A program made the position numbers and the translations under genes. Positions 47,401 through 61,015 of a stretch of DNA of 64,000 nucleotides are shown one piece after another. The notes under the pieces were generated by a model that worked only from the letters and a program-made list of their open reading frames with translations, did no database searches and had not been told where the DNA came from. The first letter of the stretch is position 1. Every line of letters begins with the position of its first letter. This stretch comes from Macrostomum hystrix (lineage: Eukaryota > Animalia > Platyhelminthes): assembly GCA_950097015.1 (NCBI GenBank), contig CATNEN010000002.1, forward strand, positions 9,176,001 to 9,240,000, in the 5' to 3' direction.

Positions 47401-49935
47401 GCATCGCCGAGGTGCCACTCAAGGTCATGTCCTTCCAGAACTTGCGCCTGCTGTGCGACTTGTTCACCTGCGGCCCCAGCTCTGCGAGTGTGGGGAAATT
47501 AAAAGTGCAGCCATCTATTATTATAGGTAATGATAGAGAATCGTTGAGAATCGATTCATTGAGAATCGGAGCGGTTGTCCTCGTGAGCACGCCATCTCGG
47601 TGATAAACTTTGCTGTGAACTTCGATGTCTCAGCCAGTGAACTCTTCCCACGATAGAGGCATTCGATAAACTGTTCTCAAACACCAGGTCGGTATCTAGA
47701 TAGCAATCCGAAAGAGTAGTACAGAATACAGGTACCAATAGAGACTAATGCTGCCACCTATCACGTGATCCACTCTCTGTTCACGCACTCAAAGGCAGAG
47801 GTGTCGTCCTTCAAGCTCATAATTAGCCTAATTCGGGAGTGGCAACTGTAGCTAACCTCATTTCACGTTCCGATAAGCTTCTTCAACTTCTAATCTAAAC
47901 TTTGAAGAAGCAATTGCAGCAAAGACAAATGATTGAAAACTAAGTGAGCTGAGTGTTGATCCAAGTGTATCTTATCTGGGTCATTTAACTGCTGTAAAAC
48001 AGACTGGAAAGAGTTTCATGGAAATGCAGCCTTGAAAGCACCCTGCGTTATCGGAATGCTAAGCGAAACAGCAGAAATTGGAATTCCTAAATTTAGCTGC
48101 TTTAATTAGGCCATTAACTGTTTTTTAGCATCTCCTATCAGAAGCTGTCACAATGCTCTAGGTTTATAAAAGTTTGTCTGCAAGAGAGTTGGACTCACAA
48201 CTTGAAGGTCGAAGGCTCGATTCCTGAATCATTGGAACAATTGTACATTGCTTCAGTTTACTGAGCCGTAAAATGGGTACCAGCATTGGCTGGGGTGTCT
48301 GAGGGTGGGTGTGGCACCCCATCTAGTCCATGGACTGATCGCGTGCAATAGCTGCGGCTGTACGTCTGGCCGAATGGCCAGGTGTAATTAATCATTATTC
48401 CTAGTCCATGTCACCCACTCACCCGGAATGTCCGTCTCATCCTCGATCTCTTCTTGAATGATCTCTTCTAGAATGTCTTCGAGAGTGACGAGTCCCACCG
48501 TCACCTCGTAGGGGTCTTTCTCGTTGCCCTCCTCTTCGCCAACGTGATGCTTGACAATCGCCAGGTGGATGCGGTTGCTAAGGAACAGCTTGAGGGCATT
48601 GTCCAGCGTGTCGGTGTCGTAGACTGTCTGCACCTGCCTGTTGAAGTACTCGCAGATGAGGTCCGCCCGCATTGGCGTGTCGCGGTTGACAATGGTCAGG
48701 TCCTTGAAGTTGAGGATGTTGATGATGTTGCTGCGCTCCTTGTCATAGATCGGGATGCGGGTGTAACCGGTGTCGCGGATCTGGTCGATGGTGAAGGAGT
48801 CGATGACGGTCTCGGCCGGCAGCATGTACACTTCGCCGAGGTTGCGCATAACCTCCGATATCGTCTTGTTCTGCAGCGACAGGGCGCCCAGGATGATGTT
48901 GGCCTCGGTCTTCTCCAGGCCCTGGGCGGCGATGAACTCTTTGAGCTTGTTGCGATCGTACACCTGGCCGAACTCTTCGCCGAGCACCTTGTCTAGCACG
49001 AAGGACAGCGGGAAGGACAGAGGCGAGGTCAGCGCCATGAAGAAGATGGTGATGGGCATTGTGTAGGCTCCCACGGCCAGTCCGTGACGCGAGCATAGCG
49101 CCTGCGGAATGATCTCGCCCAGGATGACGATGCCCAGCGTGGCGGTGATCACTGCGTAGATGCCATCGCCAGTGATGGAGTCCATGAGCAGTGACAGGGT
49201 GGTGTTGACCAGCACGTTGCCCAGTAGAAGGCTGCAAAGCAGGAAGTTGCCCCGCTTGCGCACCGGGATGATCCGCTTGGCGTAGGACTTCTCGGCCGTG
49301 GTGCCCGCCCGGCAGATGATGCGCAGCTCGTTGATGTCCAGCGCCATGAGGCCCAGGTTGAGGCCAGAGAACAGGCCCGAGAGGGCGAACAGGCTGCAGA
49401 TGAACAACACTGTGGCGTACATTGGGAACATCTCCCGGGAGATGTACAGCCGGAGGTGGCTGCCGAAGAACACCCAGTGATGCTGGGCGCCGTCTGAGCC
49501 GCGCAGCTTGGCGCAGATGTACACAACATCGTCAACTGATGAAGTCTGCGTCACCGATGCCACGGCGTAGGCTCGGCCGTCGTCCAAGTTGACAACGTCG
49601 AAGGCCTGCGATAGTTTCGTGTCTTGGCAGTCGGTGTCATTCCTGTGCGTGTAGCTGAAGCCGAGCATCAGCACCTGGCTGAGGTTCCGGCCAAAAAGGT
49701 GGAATGTGAACTTCTTGTTGAATGGCACCTCTTGGAAGGCACCGTCAGCGGTCTGCTTCCAGCCGTTTGGCGATGCGCCACCCTCCAACGCCGGGGCCAC
49801 AAGGATGCCGCTGACTTGCGGGAGAACAGACTGCGCCTGCATCGGCTGCATTAGCAGCATCAGCAGCGGCAGAAGCAGCCATGGCGGCGGGTTTCTTATT
49901 CTCGTGGCCAGAGCTAATCTAACATCTGCTGCCAT
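41436..49935 (-). CDS. CNNM: CNNM-family (cyclin M) metal transporter (exons 49935-48423, tentative 47695-47652, 47467-47353, 46828-46738, 45532-45375, 42010-41436; ~830 aa)
   Basis: Signal peptide. DUF21 TM domain (LSGLFSGLNLGLMALD...GNFLLCSLLLGNVLVN...GEIIPQALCSRHGL), CBS pair (GYTRIPIY...HLAIV...GLVTLEDILEEIIQEEIEDETD) and cNMP-like domain (IYRRNEPADF..LLEGRAV..., FVPDYTARAK...YLKV). Splice phases are consistent if the 44-nt exon at 47695 is included; that exon is the least certain. Confidence 0.9.
42712..43042 (-). mobile_element. tRNA-derived SINE family A in the last CNNM intron
   Basis: Colinear with 19225-19584 from the GAAGGG..TGGCAGAGCGGTTAAC head to AAATGAGGTGCCATTGCCC and an (ATT)n tail. 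Confidence 0.7.
45602..46367. repeat. 86-bp tandem repeat x9 in a CNNM intron
   Basis: Units start at 45602, 45688, 45774, ... 46290; near-identical. Confidence 0.95.
46995..47260. repeat. 20-bp minisatellite (GCAGGGTGTCTACCTG[C/T]TAT) in a CNNM intron
   Basis: Directly visible. Confidence 0.88.
48181..48365 (+). mobile_element. tRNA-derived SINE family B (5'-degraded) in CNNM intron 1
   Basis: GGACTCACAACTTGAAGG...GGCTCGATTCC head remnant, GTTTACTGAGCCGTAAAATGGGTACCAGCATT core and CTAGTCCATGGACTG...GCAATAGCTGCGGCTGT tail. Confidence 0.6.
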
Positions 49936-50907
49936 AGCATGTTCGCCACTTTATAATCGATCTGAAAATGTTTACAGAGTAAAATACCTTGCATTTGACT
50001 TATTTTTGTAAAATCAAAATATTTACATTGCTTACCTACACGCGCCCTATTTTATAACATAAAAACAATATTATTTTTTGCTTTTAAGCCATGGGGTCAA
50101 GGAAGCCATAAAATATATCTTTGAATTTTTTAAAAAAATTATCATTTCTGTTTTGATTCATAATAATTTATTAACGCTAGAAATATTATACTGTCTACAA
50201 ACTACTTAGAAGAAACTTTATGATATAAATTATTGGCCCTAAAACATTGTGTTTTATTTATACTTTTTTAATTCTAGCAAGAAATGTGGCATTTCTGTTT
50301 CGTTCTGTGACTCGAGTAAAAAATATAAGATTTGTGGGAAACTATAAATGCATAAATATCTATTACTGTGTGGTATAACATAGCTATCCTAAAAAAGTTA
50401 AATCGAAGATTTGGTGTTAAAAACGTAGTAAGTTAAGAACAAAAAACGCCATATAATACAACGACAAACAAAGGAAATTTGCAAAGAAACTTCTGAAGCT
50501 TAAAAAGACTATTTTTTTACAGATAAATATTTACTTGCTTACTATAAAAATCAAGAAGTCCAGCGATAATGGAAATTTCCCACACTTGTTTTCTTGCAAA
50601 TTAAAAATTATCGCTTATCTCTTTACGAGTATAAACAAAATACTTAACAGAAAACGAACTAGTACTCTATAACATAAATCTTTAAGTTTCCAGAATACAG
50701 CTAAAACTCTATTTTAGTAGTTTATGTCTTGTAAAAAAGATATTTTTTAAACATCATGATTATGACAAATGTAAATGTTTATTTTTAACTTCGAATTCTC
50801 GTATCTCACTATCATTACAGTACAGTTCTAACTGTACAATCAGAGTCGTGGAAATTTACCTGCAACTTACGGGCCTGTTTTTACTTTTCGTGTTGATGTT
50901 GATGTTG

Positions 50908-50964
50908 GTCACGTGAATAAGTACTGTTGAATTTTTCCACGTGGCTAGGCAAACTATATATATA
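50908..50964. promoter_or_regulatory. Candidate promoter elements between divergent CNNM and OAT: two E-boxes and a TA run
   Basis: GTCACGTGA at 50908-50916, CCACGTGG at 50937-50944, TATATATATA at 50955-50964. Motif match only. Confidence 0.3.
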
Positions 50965-51961
50965 CCGGACAACATCACCAACTATCTGTCTCTGTCATCT
51001 AACTTTTCCTTATGGTGATAGTTTGTCAGTCTGATACTGATATTAAAGTATCTAAATATTATATTCGCAAACTAGAATAGGTCCTTCGCCAGGTAGAAAA
51101 TATTAATTAATTTGCGGATAAATGGTTAACTTTTGACGTTTTGTGTTTCGTTTACTTATTCATCCTAAAATCTATTTGTGAGGCAATTGTACTCAATGGA
51201 TAAAATGCCTTTGTTTTATATGTAACAGTTGACTATGCTGCTATAGTACATTATTCTCTGATTCTACTACAGAAGCTAAAGTGAAGCCAGTGATGCCAGT
51301 TATCAGAAATGTTAAACAGATAATTGGTTTCTAATAATATTAATATATTATCATTAGTCTCATAACTTCATAAGCCTAGTATATTTACCTTGAAAAATGT
51401 CATTAGATGTATTTCTAAAGGATTTGGTATTAATTTTACTATTAATATTTACATATATGCAATCCTTACCATTTCTTATCTTTGTTTCATATGGTATGAA
51501 AGTGAGTCTGGTAAAAATTTATTGTTCTTTTTTGTGCAGAATTTTATGTACTTATGAAATATCACTATATAAAATGAAGATAAATATGGAGTTAGCAAAT
51601 TTTTATACTTTTAGTAGTAACCTTTTAGTCATCAATATGAATATAATCTAAATGAAACTAACAGGTCAAAGCTATTATTATGCAGCTCACATGAATTATT
51701 TGCCATTATCAGCTATTCACATATTTATATTGTTTGTGGTTAAGAATTGTTGTATAATAACCCATTTGTCTAATAGTGACATAGACCATGTGATATGTAT
51801 TAGTTACAGAGAAGGCAGGTGTGTGTACAAATTACGCATTAAAACAAAACTAGGCCTAGAATTAAGGCAATTGTATTAAAATACTTGCTAAGCTCTCATT
51901 GTGGTTTTTCTGTAATTTTGCTTCATTTCTCAAACTCCTATTGCAGCCTAATTAAGCCACC

Positions 51962-54900
51962 ATGCTGTCCCACATTTCCAAGTGCAGCCTTGCTTTTGCT
52001 CGATGCGCTGTCACACGTTCTGCCTCTTCAACTGCCGCTGCCTCTGCCAGCTCTGGCAGCCTTCCAGACTGGAAGGATGGAGTGCGCAAGCAAACAGCCA
52101 AGTCGCAGGCTGTCTACGACCGCGAGAGTCGCTACGGAGCCCACAACTATCATCCACTGCCTGTGGCCCTCTGCAGAGGCAGTGGAGTCTATGTCTACGA
52201 TGTTGATGGCAACCAGTACTTTGACTTCCTGTCCGCCTACAGTGCTGTCAATCAGGTACAGCCATTGTAGTGATTGCAGTGACAGTGATTTACTACCCTT
52301 CCACTTTGTTATATGATAGTTTGTCAGCTGATTACCCCACAGCTTAATGCAACATGTCAGCTGATTACCCCACAGCCTCTGTAACATGTCAGCTGACTAC
52401 CCCACAGCCTCTGTAACATGTCAGCTGACTACCCCACAGCCTCTGTAACATGTCAGCTGATTACCCCACAGCCTCTGTAACATGTCAGCTGATTACCCCA
52501 CAGCCTCTGTAACATGTCAGCTGACTACCCCACAGCCTCTGTAACATGTCAGCTGATTACCCCACAGCCTCTGTAACATGTCAGCTGATTACCCCACAGC
52601 CTCTGTAACATGTCAGCTGATTACCCCACCGCCTCTATAGCATGTCAGCTGATTACTCCCTAACACCCATCCGCAGGGTCATTGCCACCCGAAGATCGTC
52701 GCCGCCCTGCGGGATCAGGCCAGCGTGCTGACGCTGTGCAGCCGCGCCTTCTACAGCTCGCTGCTCGGCGAATACGAAGAGTACGCCACGAAACTGTTCG
52801 GCTATGAAAAGCTGTTGCCAATGAACACCGGCGTTGAGGCCTGCGAGAGCGCCGTGAAATTCGCCCGCCGCTGGGCCTACACAGTCAAGGGTGTGCCGGA
52901 GAACAAGGCCAAGGTGGTCTTCGCCACGAACAACTTCTGGGGCCGCAGCCTCAGCGCCATCTCCTCCTCCACCGATCCGTCCAGCTTTAAGAACTTCGGC
53001 CCCTTCATGCCGGGCTTCGAGATAATCCCCTATGATGACCTGCAGGTGCGTCTCCGTGATGACTAGTTTCTCAGGTTTATCCACAATTCTAGATCCAGTA
53101 GCCCATGGATAATTTATCCACAATTCTAGATCCAGTAGCCCATGGACAATTTATCCTAAATACTAGATCCAGTAGCCCTCGGACAATTTATCCTAAATAC
53201 TAGATCCAGTAGCCCATGGACAATTTATCCTAAATACTAGATCCAGTAGCCCATGGACAATTTATCCTAAATACTAGGTCCAGTAGCCCATGGACAATTT
53301 ATCCTAAATACTAGATCCAGTAGCCCATGGACAATTTATCCTAAATACTAGATCCAGTAGCCCATGGACAATTTATCCTAAATACTAGATCCAGTAGCCC
53401 ATGGTTAGATTATCCAACATCCTAGGTCCAGTAGCCCATGGACAATTTATCTTAAATACTAGATCCAGTAGCCCATGGTTAGATTATCCAACATTCTAGG
53501 TCCAGTGGCCCTCGGACAATTTATCTTAAATACTAGATCCAGTAGCCCATGGTTAGATTATCCAACATCCTAGGTCCAGTGGCCCTCGGACAATTTATCT
53601 TAAATACTAGATCCAATAGTCTATTCATATTCTATCCATATTCTATATCCAGTAGCCCATCTACATAAAAAATCCCATATTCCATTAACTGTTTATCCCA
53701 TCGAATTGCCCTGTGTTGCCGCCTGCATCGTCACCCAATCCGCGCCCGCAGGCTCTGGAGAGCGCCCTGCAGGACCCGAACGTGGCAGCCTTCATGGTGG
53801 AGCCAATCCAGGGTGAGGCGGGTGTCGTTGTGCCCAAGGAGGGCTACCTGCGCGGTGCCCGCGACCTGTGCACCCGGCACCGGGCTCTGCTCATCTGTGA
53901 CGAGGTGCAGACTGGACTGGCCCGCACCGGCCGGCGGCTGTGCGTGGATCACGAACACGTGAGCGGCCTGCCTCTAGCTAACCTTATCGCAATCAGAATC
54001 ATATTTGGAGTCTGCGTTAAAAATACTATTAGCTATCACTTTACAATCATTACTTCAAGACTATTTATGAATCCTATTTTTCCTTTCAAATCCTAAATCG
54101 TTAGTTTCTAAAAAATCGTTACTTTTCTTAATAGGAGCAAAAACCTAACACCTATAGTTAGTTAAGAATTACTTGAAATCGTTACTTTTCATGTGAAGCT
54201 CCCCTTAAAATATTTTTCTAGGAAGCAAAAATCTAAATTGTTACATGAAATGGGGCTGAGAATTGCTACTTTGAAATTCCCATATGCTAATTTTTTTCTT
54301 AGGATTCTTAAAATCGTTAATTTTTGTAAGAAGAAAAAACGCAGCTCGAAATTTTCACATACTAATAGCCCCAAATCGCTACTTAAAAATGTGCCTGAAC
54401 TCGTTACTTTTCCTAGAAGCTCAAAATCGTTACTCTTACTTGAACTACTCAACACCACCAGGTCCGCCCAGACCTGGTGTGCCTAGGCAAGGCCTTGTCC
54501 GGCGGCCTCTACCCGGTCTCCGCGCTGCTCGGCGATGACGAAGTCATCCTGACTGTGGGCCCCGGCGAGCACGGCTCAACCTACGGCGGCAACCCCATGG
54601 CCTGCCGGGTCGGGATGGCCGCCCTCCGCGTCCTGGAGGAGGAGGGCCTCGCCGAGAACGCTGACCGACTAGGCAAGCTGCTCAGGGCTGAGCTGTCCCG
54701 CCTGACCAGCCGAGTCATCAAGACTGTGCGCGGCAAGGGATTGCTGAATGCCATCGTCATCAGCAGCGGTGAGCCTTTGGGTCTGATATCAATTCAAGAG
54801 GCTTTAATCCATGTTGTAATCCCTAATCCCACTTTATGACACTAATCTCATTCGAATCCGCTAAAGATACTTTAATCCCTAGCCATGATTACAAAGCAAG

Positions 54901-57487
54901 ACATTTTAATCCCCACCTTAATCCTAAAACGAAAATACTTTGATCTCGCTTGTACTAATCCTGCATCAATACTTTTGTCTATGGTCCTGATCCCACACCA
55001 ATACTTTTGTCTATGGTCCTGATCCCACACCAATACTTTTGTCTATGGTCCTGATCCCACACCAATACTTTTGTCTATGGTCCTGATCCCACACCAATAC
55101 TTTTGTCTATGGTCCTGATCCCACACCAATACTTTTGTCTATGGTCCTGATCCCTCACTAAGACACGTTAGTCCCTTGCCCTAATCCCTCACTAAGACAC
55201 GTTAGTCCCTAGCCCTAATCCCACACTGAGACACGTTAATCCCTAGCCCTAATCCCACACTGAGACACATTAATCCCTAGCCCTAATCCCACACTGAGAC
55301 ACGTTAATCCCTTGCCCTAATCCCACACTAAGACTCTTTAATCCTTGCGCTAATCCCACACTGAGACACGTGATCCTTGCCCCAAACCCACACTAAGACA
55401 CGTTAATCCCTTGCCCTGATCCCACACTAAGACTCGTTTATCCCTTGCCCTAATCCCACACTGAGACACGTTAATCCTTGCCCTAATCCCACACTAGGAC
55501 ATTTTAATCCCTTGCCCTAATCCCACACTAAGACTCTTTAATCCTTGCCCTAATCCCACACTGAGACACGTTAATCCTTGCTCTAATCCCGCACTGAGAC
55601 ACGTTAGTCCCTAGCCCTAATCCTACTCTGAGACACGTTAATCCCTTGCCCTAATCCCACATTAAGACACTTTATTCCCTTACCATAATCCCAAGCTAGG
55701 ACATTTTAATCGCTAGCCCTAATCTTGCACTTAGACACGTTAATCCCTAGCTTTGATCCCTCAAAAAACACTTTAAGACTTAAGGACTTTAGGGCTTTTC
55801 TATCCCCAGTCCTAATCCCATACTGTGAAATTTTAATCCTTAGCCCAATATCTCAGTCCTAGACACGTGAATAAATATGGTCATGGATTCAGAAAAGCCT
55901 TCGGAATAGTTTAATTTATGAAACGTGACGTTAGTATTTCTTCAGTGCCAATATGACGAAACCTATTTGACGAAATCATTTCCGTCCTCAGAGCTACGAA
56001 AAATCGATTACGCAATGAGCTTCAAAGCTTCTGTGAGAGAGCGGGCAGTACTCAATTAGAAAAATGGAATTAGCACGACCATGAGCTGCCTTGAACCGGA
56101 TTGATTTCTGTGGCCCAGGCTGAGTTCGTGTTCTCAAACCCCACCCCAGCCCGCTAAGTTGCAAAACAGCTGCTGGGTCGGTTCTGTCGTGCGCTCAAGA
56201 AGATCTCAAAGTTGACTTGGGTTAGGGGCGGTTGAAAACTTGTGCTCAAACACCCGACATTCTCAGTTTGAGCTTGGCGTGCTCTGCTAGCACGAGCTCA
56301 TTGTTCTCTAGCCAGGAAGAATATTATCGATTAGTTTGGGTGAGAGGAATGGACCTTGTGCGCCAAGAATTCGCTGTTGGCCCTGCTGAATTTGAGTGAT
56401 CATTGTACCGCTACATTGCTAGCTATGAGCTGGATTTATGACCGAGAGACTCAATGGCCGACTGATTCAAATATATACAAATCACCCAATGAACAATTAA
56501 CCTAACTATTAAATAACCTAATCACTCAATAGCCTAATGGCCAAATCTCACCAATGACCAAACCACCCAATGACTAAATCATCCAATGACCAAATAATAG
56601 AATGACGAAAAACACAATGACCAAATCTCACCAATGACAAAATAACCAAATAGCCAAATCACTAAATGACCAAACCAGCCAATGACCAACCACCCAATGA
56701 CCAAACCACCCAATGACCAAACCACCCAAGGACCCAACCATCCAATGACCAAACCAGCCAATGACCAAACCAGCCAATGACCAAACCATTCAATGACCAA
56801 ACCAGCCAATGACCAAACCAGCCAATGACCAAACCAGCCAATGACCAAACCAGCCAATGACCAAACCAGCCAATGACCCAACCATCCAATGACCAAACCA
56901 GCCAATGACCAAACCAGCCAATGACCAAACCATCCAATGACCAAACCAGCCAATGACCAAACCAGCCAATGACCAAACCAGCCAATGACCAAACCATCCA
57001 ATGACCAAACCAGCCAATGAACAAACCAGCCAATGACCAAACCATCCAATGACCAAACCAGCCAATGACCAAACCACCCTATGACCTAACCAGCCAATGA
57101 CCAAACCAGCCAATGAACAAACCAGCCAATGACCAAACCATCCAATGACCAAACCACCCTATGACCTAACCAGCCAATGACCAAACCAGCCAATGAACAA
57201 ACCAGCCAATGACCAAACCATCCAATGACCAAACCAGCCAATGACCAAACCACCCTATGACCTAACCAGCCAATGACACAACCAGTCAAAAACCGAAGCT
57301 CTCATTGACCGCACACGCAGAGTTTGACGCCTGGGATGTGTGCCTGAAGCTGGCCGAGCAGGGCCTGCTGGCCAAGCCCACCCACGGTGACATCATCCGG
57401 CTGGCGCCGCCGCTGGTGATCACGGAGCCGCAGATGGAGAAGTGCGTGGAGATTATCTCCAATGTAGTTAATGGCCTGGCCAAGTGA
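51962..57487 (+). CDS. OAT: Ornithine aminotransferase, mitochondrial (exons 51962-52255, 52677-53045, 53752-53958, 54462-54768, 57321-57487; ~447 aa)
   Basis: Transit-peptide-like N-terminus. [26 protein letters not shown]|[70 protein letters not shown]-lysine motif [22 protein letters not shown] and [17 protein letters not shown]. Phase-consistent GT-AG introns. Confidence 0.97.
52322..52660. repeat. 32-bp minisatellite (ATGTCAGCTGATTACCCCACAGCCTCTGTAAC, ~10 copies) in OAT intron 1
   Basis: Directly visible. Confidence 0.95.
53075..53625. repeat. 37-bp minisatellite (ATTTATCCTAAATACTAGATCCAGTAGCCCATGGACA, ~15 copies) in OAT intron 2
   Basis: Directly visible. Confidence 0.93.
54965..55860. 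repeat. Two adjacent minisatellites in OAT intron 4: 32-bp x~6 (54965-55155) then a 33-34-bp degenerate array
   Basis: AATACTTTTGTCTATGGTCCTGATCCCACACC, then CTAATCCCACACTGAGACACGTTAATCCCTTGCC. Confidence 0.9.
56530..57285. repeat. 16-bp minisatellite (CAATGACCAAACCAGC) at the 3' end of OAT intron 4
   Basis: Directly visible. Confidence 0.93.
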
Positions 57488-58276
57488 TTGATTGACAGCT
57501 CGGTGACTTTGATCTGACTAGAATCTTTGGAAAAAACTTCAATAATGTGTCCCTTCAATAGTTATTTATTCTAGTTGCCTTTTCATTAGCCTACTGGTAG
57601 TAGAGCAGTCAACATTTTACACTGAGGAATGTTAATTTTTAGCAATTTTTAGCAATTTTTACAGAAATTTATAATGCAGATAATTACGGGTGAGTCATAG
57701 AAATGTGCAATTTACGCACGAATGTTGTTTCAGAGACCGTTATGAAATATACTGACTGTACAAAAAGGACAAAGCTATTTCAGTCTAATGCTTTCCAAGA
57801 AAAAAAGCGCTAAAATCTCTGTGTAAAAATACGTTTTCCGTGCAGAATTTTTGTTTACTCAAATTCAGCTTTCTCTTATCCCATTGAAAGGTGTTTGAGC
57901 CATAGACTGTTCGCGGTTGCGGTTCCATATTTTCCATATTAGCATGTTCTATTATTGTACCCAGGCCAGAGTTTTTTGATGAAATAAGCAAAATAAACTT
58001 GCAAGATGATGACCTGGTGATTGAATTTTAGTGATTTGGCCATTGATGACTGAATACCTCACACTTGTTTCTGCGTTTGTTTTTTGCCTGTGTCAGTCTT
58101 TGAGATCTGGCACATGTACGGGCTGCATATTCACGACTCCATAAGGACAGCAAGTGGCTGTCTGTCTGGTTAGTTAAATGTATTTATTTCTCTCATATTA
58201 ATTAATTGCTTCAAACGTTGCTGAAGCATCTCTGGGCCCTTCTGCCGTAGAGCCCTCGAGTCTTCTGAGTTGCGGT

Positions 58277-58692
58277 GGAGCAGCACTGAGTTAGTGAGTG
58301 AGTGAATGAGTGAGTGAGTGAGTGAGTGAGTGAGTGAGTGAATGAGTGAGTGAATGAGTGAGTGAATGAGTGAGTGAGTGAGTGAGTGAATGAGTGAGTG
58401 AGTGAGTGAGTGAGGGAGTGAGTTAGGGAGTGAGTGAGTGAGTGAGGGAGTGAGTGAGTGAATGAGTGAGTGAGTGAGTGAGTGAATGAGTGAGTGAGTG
58501 AGTGAGTGAATGAGTGAGGGAGTGAGTTAGTGAGTGAGGGAGTGAGTGAGTGAGGGAGTGAGTGAGTGAATGAGTGAGTGAGTGAGTGAGTGAGTGAATG
58601 AGTGAGTGAGTGAGTGAGTGAGTGAGTGAATGAGTGAGTGAGTGAGTGAGTGAGTGAGTGAATGAGTGAGTGAGTGAATAAGTGAGTGAGTT
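58277..58692. repeat. (GAGT)n tetranucleotide microsatellite
   Basis: Directly visible, with GAAT/GGGA interruptions. Confidence 0.97.
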
Positions 58693-58924
58693 TCATCAGA
58701 TAGAGCGGAAGATTTTAGCCTGTGTTACTGAATTTTATGACGATTGGTTGAATATTTTAGGAGATGCAGAAAAGATTATGGTATTTGAAATGCCCCGACC
58801 AAAGTAGAAATATGGTCTTTCTACTTTTTACCCGGCCAGAACAAAAGCAAACAAATGTCCCGATTTCGTCTGGGAAACAGCTCTAACTGGCGTGGGAGAA
58901 ATTTAGAACTGCAACACCAAAACT

Positions 58925-61015
58925 CACAGAGTCAGGGAAGAGTCACAGAGTCAGGGAGTGTGAAAGGATCAGAGGTGACAGAGACTCACGGAGTGTGACA
59001 GAGACTCACGGAGTGTGACAGAGACTCACGGAGTGTTACAGAGACTCACGGAGTGTGACAGAGACTCACGGAGTGTGACAGAGAGTCAGGGAGTGTGACC
59101 AAGAGTCAGGGAGTGTGACAGAGAGTCAGGGAATGTGACAGAGAGTCAGGGAGCGTGACAAAGAGTCAGGAAATGTGACAGAGAGTCATAGAGTGTGACG
59201 AAGAGTCAGGGAATGTGACAAAGAGTCAGAGAGTGTGACAAAGAGTCAAAGAGTGTGACGAAGAGTCAGGGAGTGTGACAAAGAGTCAGAGAGTGTGACA
59301 AAGAGTCAGGGAATGTGACAGAGAGTCAGGGAGTGTGACAGAGTCATGGAGAGTGACAGAGTGTCAGGGAGTGTGACAAAGAGTCAGAGAGTGTGACAAA
59401 GAGTCAGGGAATGTGACAGAGTCAGGGAATGTGACAGAGAGTCTGAGTGTCAGGGAGTGTGACAGAGAGTCAGGGAGTGTGACAGAGAGTCAGGGAGTGT
59501 GACAGAGAGTCAGGGAGTGTGACAAAGAGTCAGAGAGTGTGACAAAGAGTCAGGGAATGTGACAGAGTCAGGGAGTGTGACAAAGAGTCAGGGAATGTGA
59601 CAAAGAGTCAGAGAGTGTGACAAAGAGTCAGGGAATGTGACAGAGAGTCAGGGAGTGTGACAGAGAGTCAGGGAGTGTGACAGAGAGTCAGGGAGTGTGG
59701 CAAAGAGTCAGGGAATGTGACAGAGAGTCTGAGTGTCAGGGAGTGTGACAGAGAGTCAGGGAGTGTGACAGAGAGTCAGGGAGTGTGGCAAAGAGTCAGG
59801 GAATGTGACAGAGAGTCTGAGTGTCAGGGAGTGTGACAGAGAGTCAGGGAGTGTGACAGAGAGTCAGGGAGTGTGACAGAGAGTCAGGGAGTGTGACAGA
59901 GAGTCAGGGAGTGTGACAGAGAGTCAGGGAGTGTGACAAAGAGTCAGGGAATGTGACAGAGAGTCAGGGAGTGTGACAAAGAGTCAGAGAGTGTGACAAA
60001 GAGTCAGGGAATGTGACAGAGTCAGGGAGTGTGACAAAGAGTCAGGGAATGTGACAGAGTCAGGGAGTGTGACAAAGAGTCAGGGAATGTGACAGAGAGT
60101 CTGAGAGTCAAGGAGTGTGACAGAGAGTCAGGGAGTGTGACAAAGAGTCAGAGAGTGTGACAAAGAGTCAGGGAGTGTGACAAAGAGTCAGGGAATGTGA
60201 CAGAGTCATGGAGAGTGGCAAAGAGTCAGGGAGTGTGACAAAGAGTCAGGGAATGTGACAGAGTCAGGGAGTGTGACAAAGAGTCAGGGAATGTGACAGA
60301 GAGTCTGAGAGTCAAGGAGTGTGACAGAGAGTCAGGGAGTGTGACAAAGAGTCAGAGAGTGTGACAAAGAGTCAGGGAGTGTGACAGAGAGTCAGGGAAT
60401 GTGACAGAGTCAGAGAGTGACAGAGAGTCAGGGAGTGTGACAGAGAGTCAGGGAGTGTGACAAAGAGTCAGGGAATGTGACAGAGAGTCAGGGATCAGTG
60501 TGACAAAGAGTCAGGGAGTGTGACAGAGAGTCAGGGATCAGTGTGATAAAGAGTCAGGGAGTGTGACAGTGAGTCAGGGAGTGTGGCAAAGAGTTAGGGA
60601 GTCTGACAAAGAGTCAGGGAGTGTGACAGAGAGTCAGAGAGTGTGACCAAGAGTCAGGGAATGTGACAGAGAGTCAGAGAGTGTGACCAAGAGTCAGGGA
60701 GTGTGACAGAGAGTCAGGGAGTGTGACAAAGAGTCAGGGAATGTGACAGAGAGTCAGAGAGTGACAGAGAGTCAGGGAGTGGGACAGAGAGTCAGAGAGT
60801 GTGACCAAGAGTCAGGGAGTGTGACAGAGAGTCAGGGAGCGTGACAAAGAGTCAGGGAATGTGACAGAGAGTCATAGAGTGTGACAGAGAGTCAGGGAGT
60901 GTGACAGAGAGTCAGGGAGTATGACAGAGAGTCAGGGAGTGTGACAAAGAGTCAGGGAGTGTGACAGAGAGTCAGGGATGGTGACAGAGAGTCACGAAAG
61001 TGTCAAAGAAGAGAG
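58925..61015. repeat. 20-bp minisatellite (GAGTCAGGGAGTGTGACAGA, ~100 copies)
   Basis: Directly visible. Confidence 0.95.

Noticed and set aside
48501-49854. Overlapping or antisense ORFs on CNNM exon 1 (similarly on p35, ATP6AP2, OAT, RTE and fasciclin exons)
   Set aside because: Expected by-products of high GC3 codon usage; no independent protein features.
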